The position numbers were made by a program, and so were the translations under genes. From the NCBI GenBank assembly GCA_032654565.1, contig JAULAX010000017.1, positions 448,001 through 512,000 on the forward strand: a stretch of 64,000 bases of DNA, read 5' to 3'. The stretch comes from Anaeromyxobacteraceae bacterium. Lineage in GTDB: Bacteria; Myxococcota; Myxococcia; Myxococcales; Anaeromyxobacteraceae. Below are positions 62,521-64,000 of the stretch, piece by piece. Position 1 is the first letter of the stretch. Each line of letters opens with the position of its first letter. Below the pieces are notes generated by a model that had not been told where the DNA came from, did not search any database, and worked only from the letters and a program-made list of their open reading frames with translations.

Positions 62521-63186
62521 TCAACGTTCGCGTGCCACCCGCCGGGCCCGGCGCAGCTCCACCGCCAGCATCCGGCCGTACTGCGCCCAGGAGACGGTCA
62601 TGCAGGCCGCCACCAGCAGCCCGGTGGCCGCTACCCACGGGGCCAGCATCGCCTGGGGCGCCGCCCCCACGTCGCCGGCCAGCACCAGCAGCACCAGCCC
62701 CACCAGCGTGGCGGTGGCGTACTTGCCGGCGCGGGTCGGCACGATGGGCACCGGCCGGCCGCTCCACTGCAGCGCCGTGGCCGCCCCCACCAGCGCCACG
62801 TCGCGGCCGATGATCAGCGCCGCCAGCCAGGCCGGCAGCCGTCCCGCGGTCACCAGCGCCACCAGGATGCAGAAGGCCAGCAGCTTGTCGGCGATGGGGT
62901 CGAGCACCTCGCCGAAGCGGGAGTGCTGGTCGAGCAGCCGCGCCGCCAGCCCGTCGAGCACGTCGGTGAGCGCCGCCACCGCGTAGGCCCCCAGGGCGCC
63001 CAGCAGGTCGCCCCGCACGTAGAGCAGCATGACCAGCGGAGCCAGCAGCAGCCGCAGCAGGGTCAGGGCGTTGGCCAGCGTGAAGGGGCCGGCGTCGGGC
63101 AGGGGGGATCCCGCCCCGCCCTCGCCGCCCTCAGCGCCGGCCGACAGCGGGGCTACCGCTTCCCCGCGTCTCGCTCCCGGTTCCAC
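62521..63186 (-). CDS. CDP-alcohol phosphatidyltransferase (PgsA-like)
   Basis: ANALTLLR, DVLDGLAAR…GEVLDPIADK. Start uncertain; the nearest canonical codon is GTG 63186 inside the upstream gene. Confidence 0.88.
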   Translation of the reverse strand: MEPGARRGEAVAPLSAGAEGGEGGAGSPLPDAGPFTLANALTLLRLLLAPLVMLLYVRGDLLGALGAYAVAALTDVLDGLAARLLDQHSRFGEVLDPIADKLLAFCILVALVTAGRLPAWLAALIIGRDVALVGAATALQWSGRPVPIVPTRAGKYATATLVGLVLLVLAGDVGAAPQAMLAPWVAATGLLVAACMTVSWAQYGRMLAVELRRARRVARER

Positions 63187-63887
63187 GTCTCCCACTCGTC
63201 CGCCTCGGCCATGGCGAAGGTCTCCGGCTCGGCGGCGCTGCCGTCGGCGGCCACCCTCACCTGCATCATGCTGGTGACGATCCGCTCCCACTGCTCGCGG
63301 GTGACCTCCTTGGGGCCGGCCACCTGCTGGCGGGCCCCGCCGGCCGGCGCGGCGCCGTGCTGGGGCCGCGGCAGCGGACCGGCGGCCACCGCCACCGTCC
63401 CGCTGTAGACCTTGACCACGCAGCTCTTGTCCTTGCTGGCGTCGACGCGGAAGGTGGTGCCGCGCACGCCGGCCACGGCGTTGTCGGTCCTCACCTCGAA
63501 GCGGGCCTCGCCGCCCAGCGACTTGGTGACGCTGGCCCAGACGTTGCCGACGCGGAGCTTGGCCGAGACCTTGCGGTCGTCGGCCCCCTGGCCGAAGGCG
63601 GCGGCGTCCAGCTCGACGCGCGAGAGCGGGCCGAGCCGCAGCACGCTCTGGTCGACCAGGGTCAGCTCGACGCGGGTGCGCCGCGAGGTCTCGATGACGT
63701 CGCCCTGGTAGATGGCCGCCCCGGACTTGAGCTTGACGACCTTGCCGGTGGCCAGGCGGCTGGCCTCGCCGTCGAGGAAGGTGATGACCCCGGCGCTGGG
63801 CGGCGTGGACGGGGCGGGGGCGGCCAGGGCCGCGAAAGCGACCAGGGCGGCGGCGGTGACGGCGGCGGCGATCGGGAGGGGGCGCAT
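63153..63887 (-). CDS. Exported FecR-domain protein
   Basis: Signal peptide, GDVIET, RLGPLS, AVAGVRGTTF, VYSGTV. Confidence 0.85.
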   Translation of the reverse strand: MRPLPIAAAVTAAALVAFAALAAPAPSTPPSAGVITFLDGEASRLATGKVVKLKSGAAIYQGDVIETSRRTRVELTLVDQSVLRLGPLSRVELDAAAFGQGADDRKVSAKLRVGNVWASVTKSLGGEARFEVRTDNAVAGVRGTTFRVDASKDKSCVVKVYSGTVAVAAGPLPRPQHGAAPAGGARQQVAGPKEVTREQWERIVTSMMQVRVAADGSAAEPETFAMAEADEWETWNRERDAGKR

Positions 63888-63889
63888 GG

Positions 63890-64000
63890 CTACTTGAGCT
63901 CGACCTCGACGGCGTTGGCGGTCACCTTCTTCACCTTGCAGGCGTAACCGGCGTACTTGCGGCCGGCCAGGTCGGCGGCCAGGCCGTCGGCGGTACCGGC
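63890..64000 (-). CDS. C-terminus of a hypothetical protein (partial)
   Basis: Open frame …ADGLAADLAGRKYAGYACKVKKVTANAVEVELK*, ending 2 nt before the next ATG. Confidence 0.6.
   Translation of the reverse strand, partial: AGTADGLAADLAGRKYAGYACKVKKVTANAVEVELK

Overview
High-GC core-genome window. Gene content and protein sequences suggest an Anaeromyxobacter-like member of Myxococcota (inference, not a database result). Contents in order: (i) a partial TPR-rich exported protein, a membrane GAF histidine kinase with a sigma54 NtrC-type regulator, and an outer-membrane protein; (ii) a ~25-kb minus-strand translation supercluster, str-S10-spc-alpha fused directly to rpsP-khpA-rimM-trmD-rplS, then an SMC/YhaN-like protein, yraN and rsmI, with rplC, infA, ffh and rnhB missing from their usual slots; (iii) mutY, SOD, mtgA, an RHH plus nucleotide-sugar operon, lipoproteins and a 2-oxoacid:ferredoxin oxidoreductase; (iv) a coupled queD / divergent folE / SDR / FAD-oxidase operon; (v) thrS-[leuA-leuC-leuD-leuB-ilvB-ilvN-ilvC]-infC-rpmI-rplT-pheS-pheT-ihfA; (vi) tRNA-Val(GAC), a pgsA-like gene and a FecR-like gene. 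No cas genes, integrases or transposases were seen. Best leads: an unannotated Leu leader-peptide attenuator upstream of leuA, the atypical pterin operon, a membrane-anchored SMC-like pseudo-ATPase, a family of covarying REP-like hairpins, a CTG-initiated IF3, and several apparently leaderless genes.
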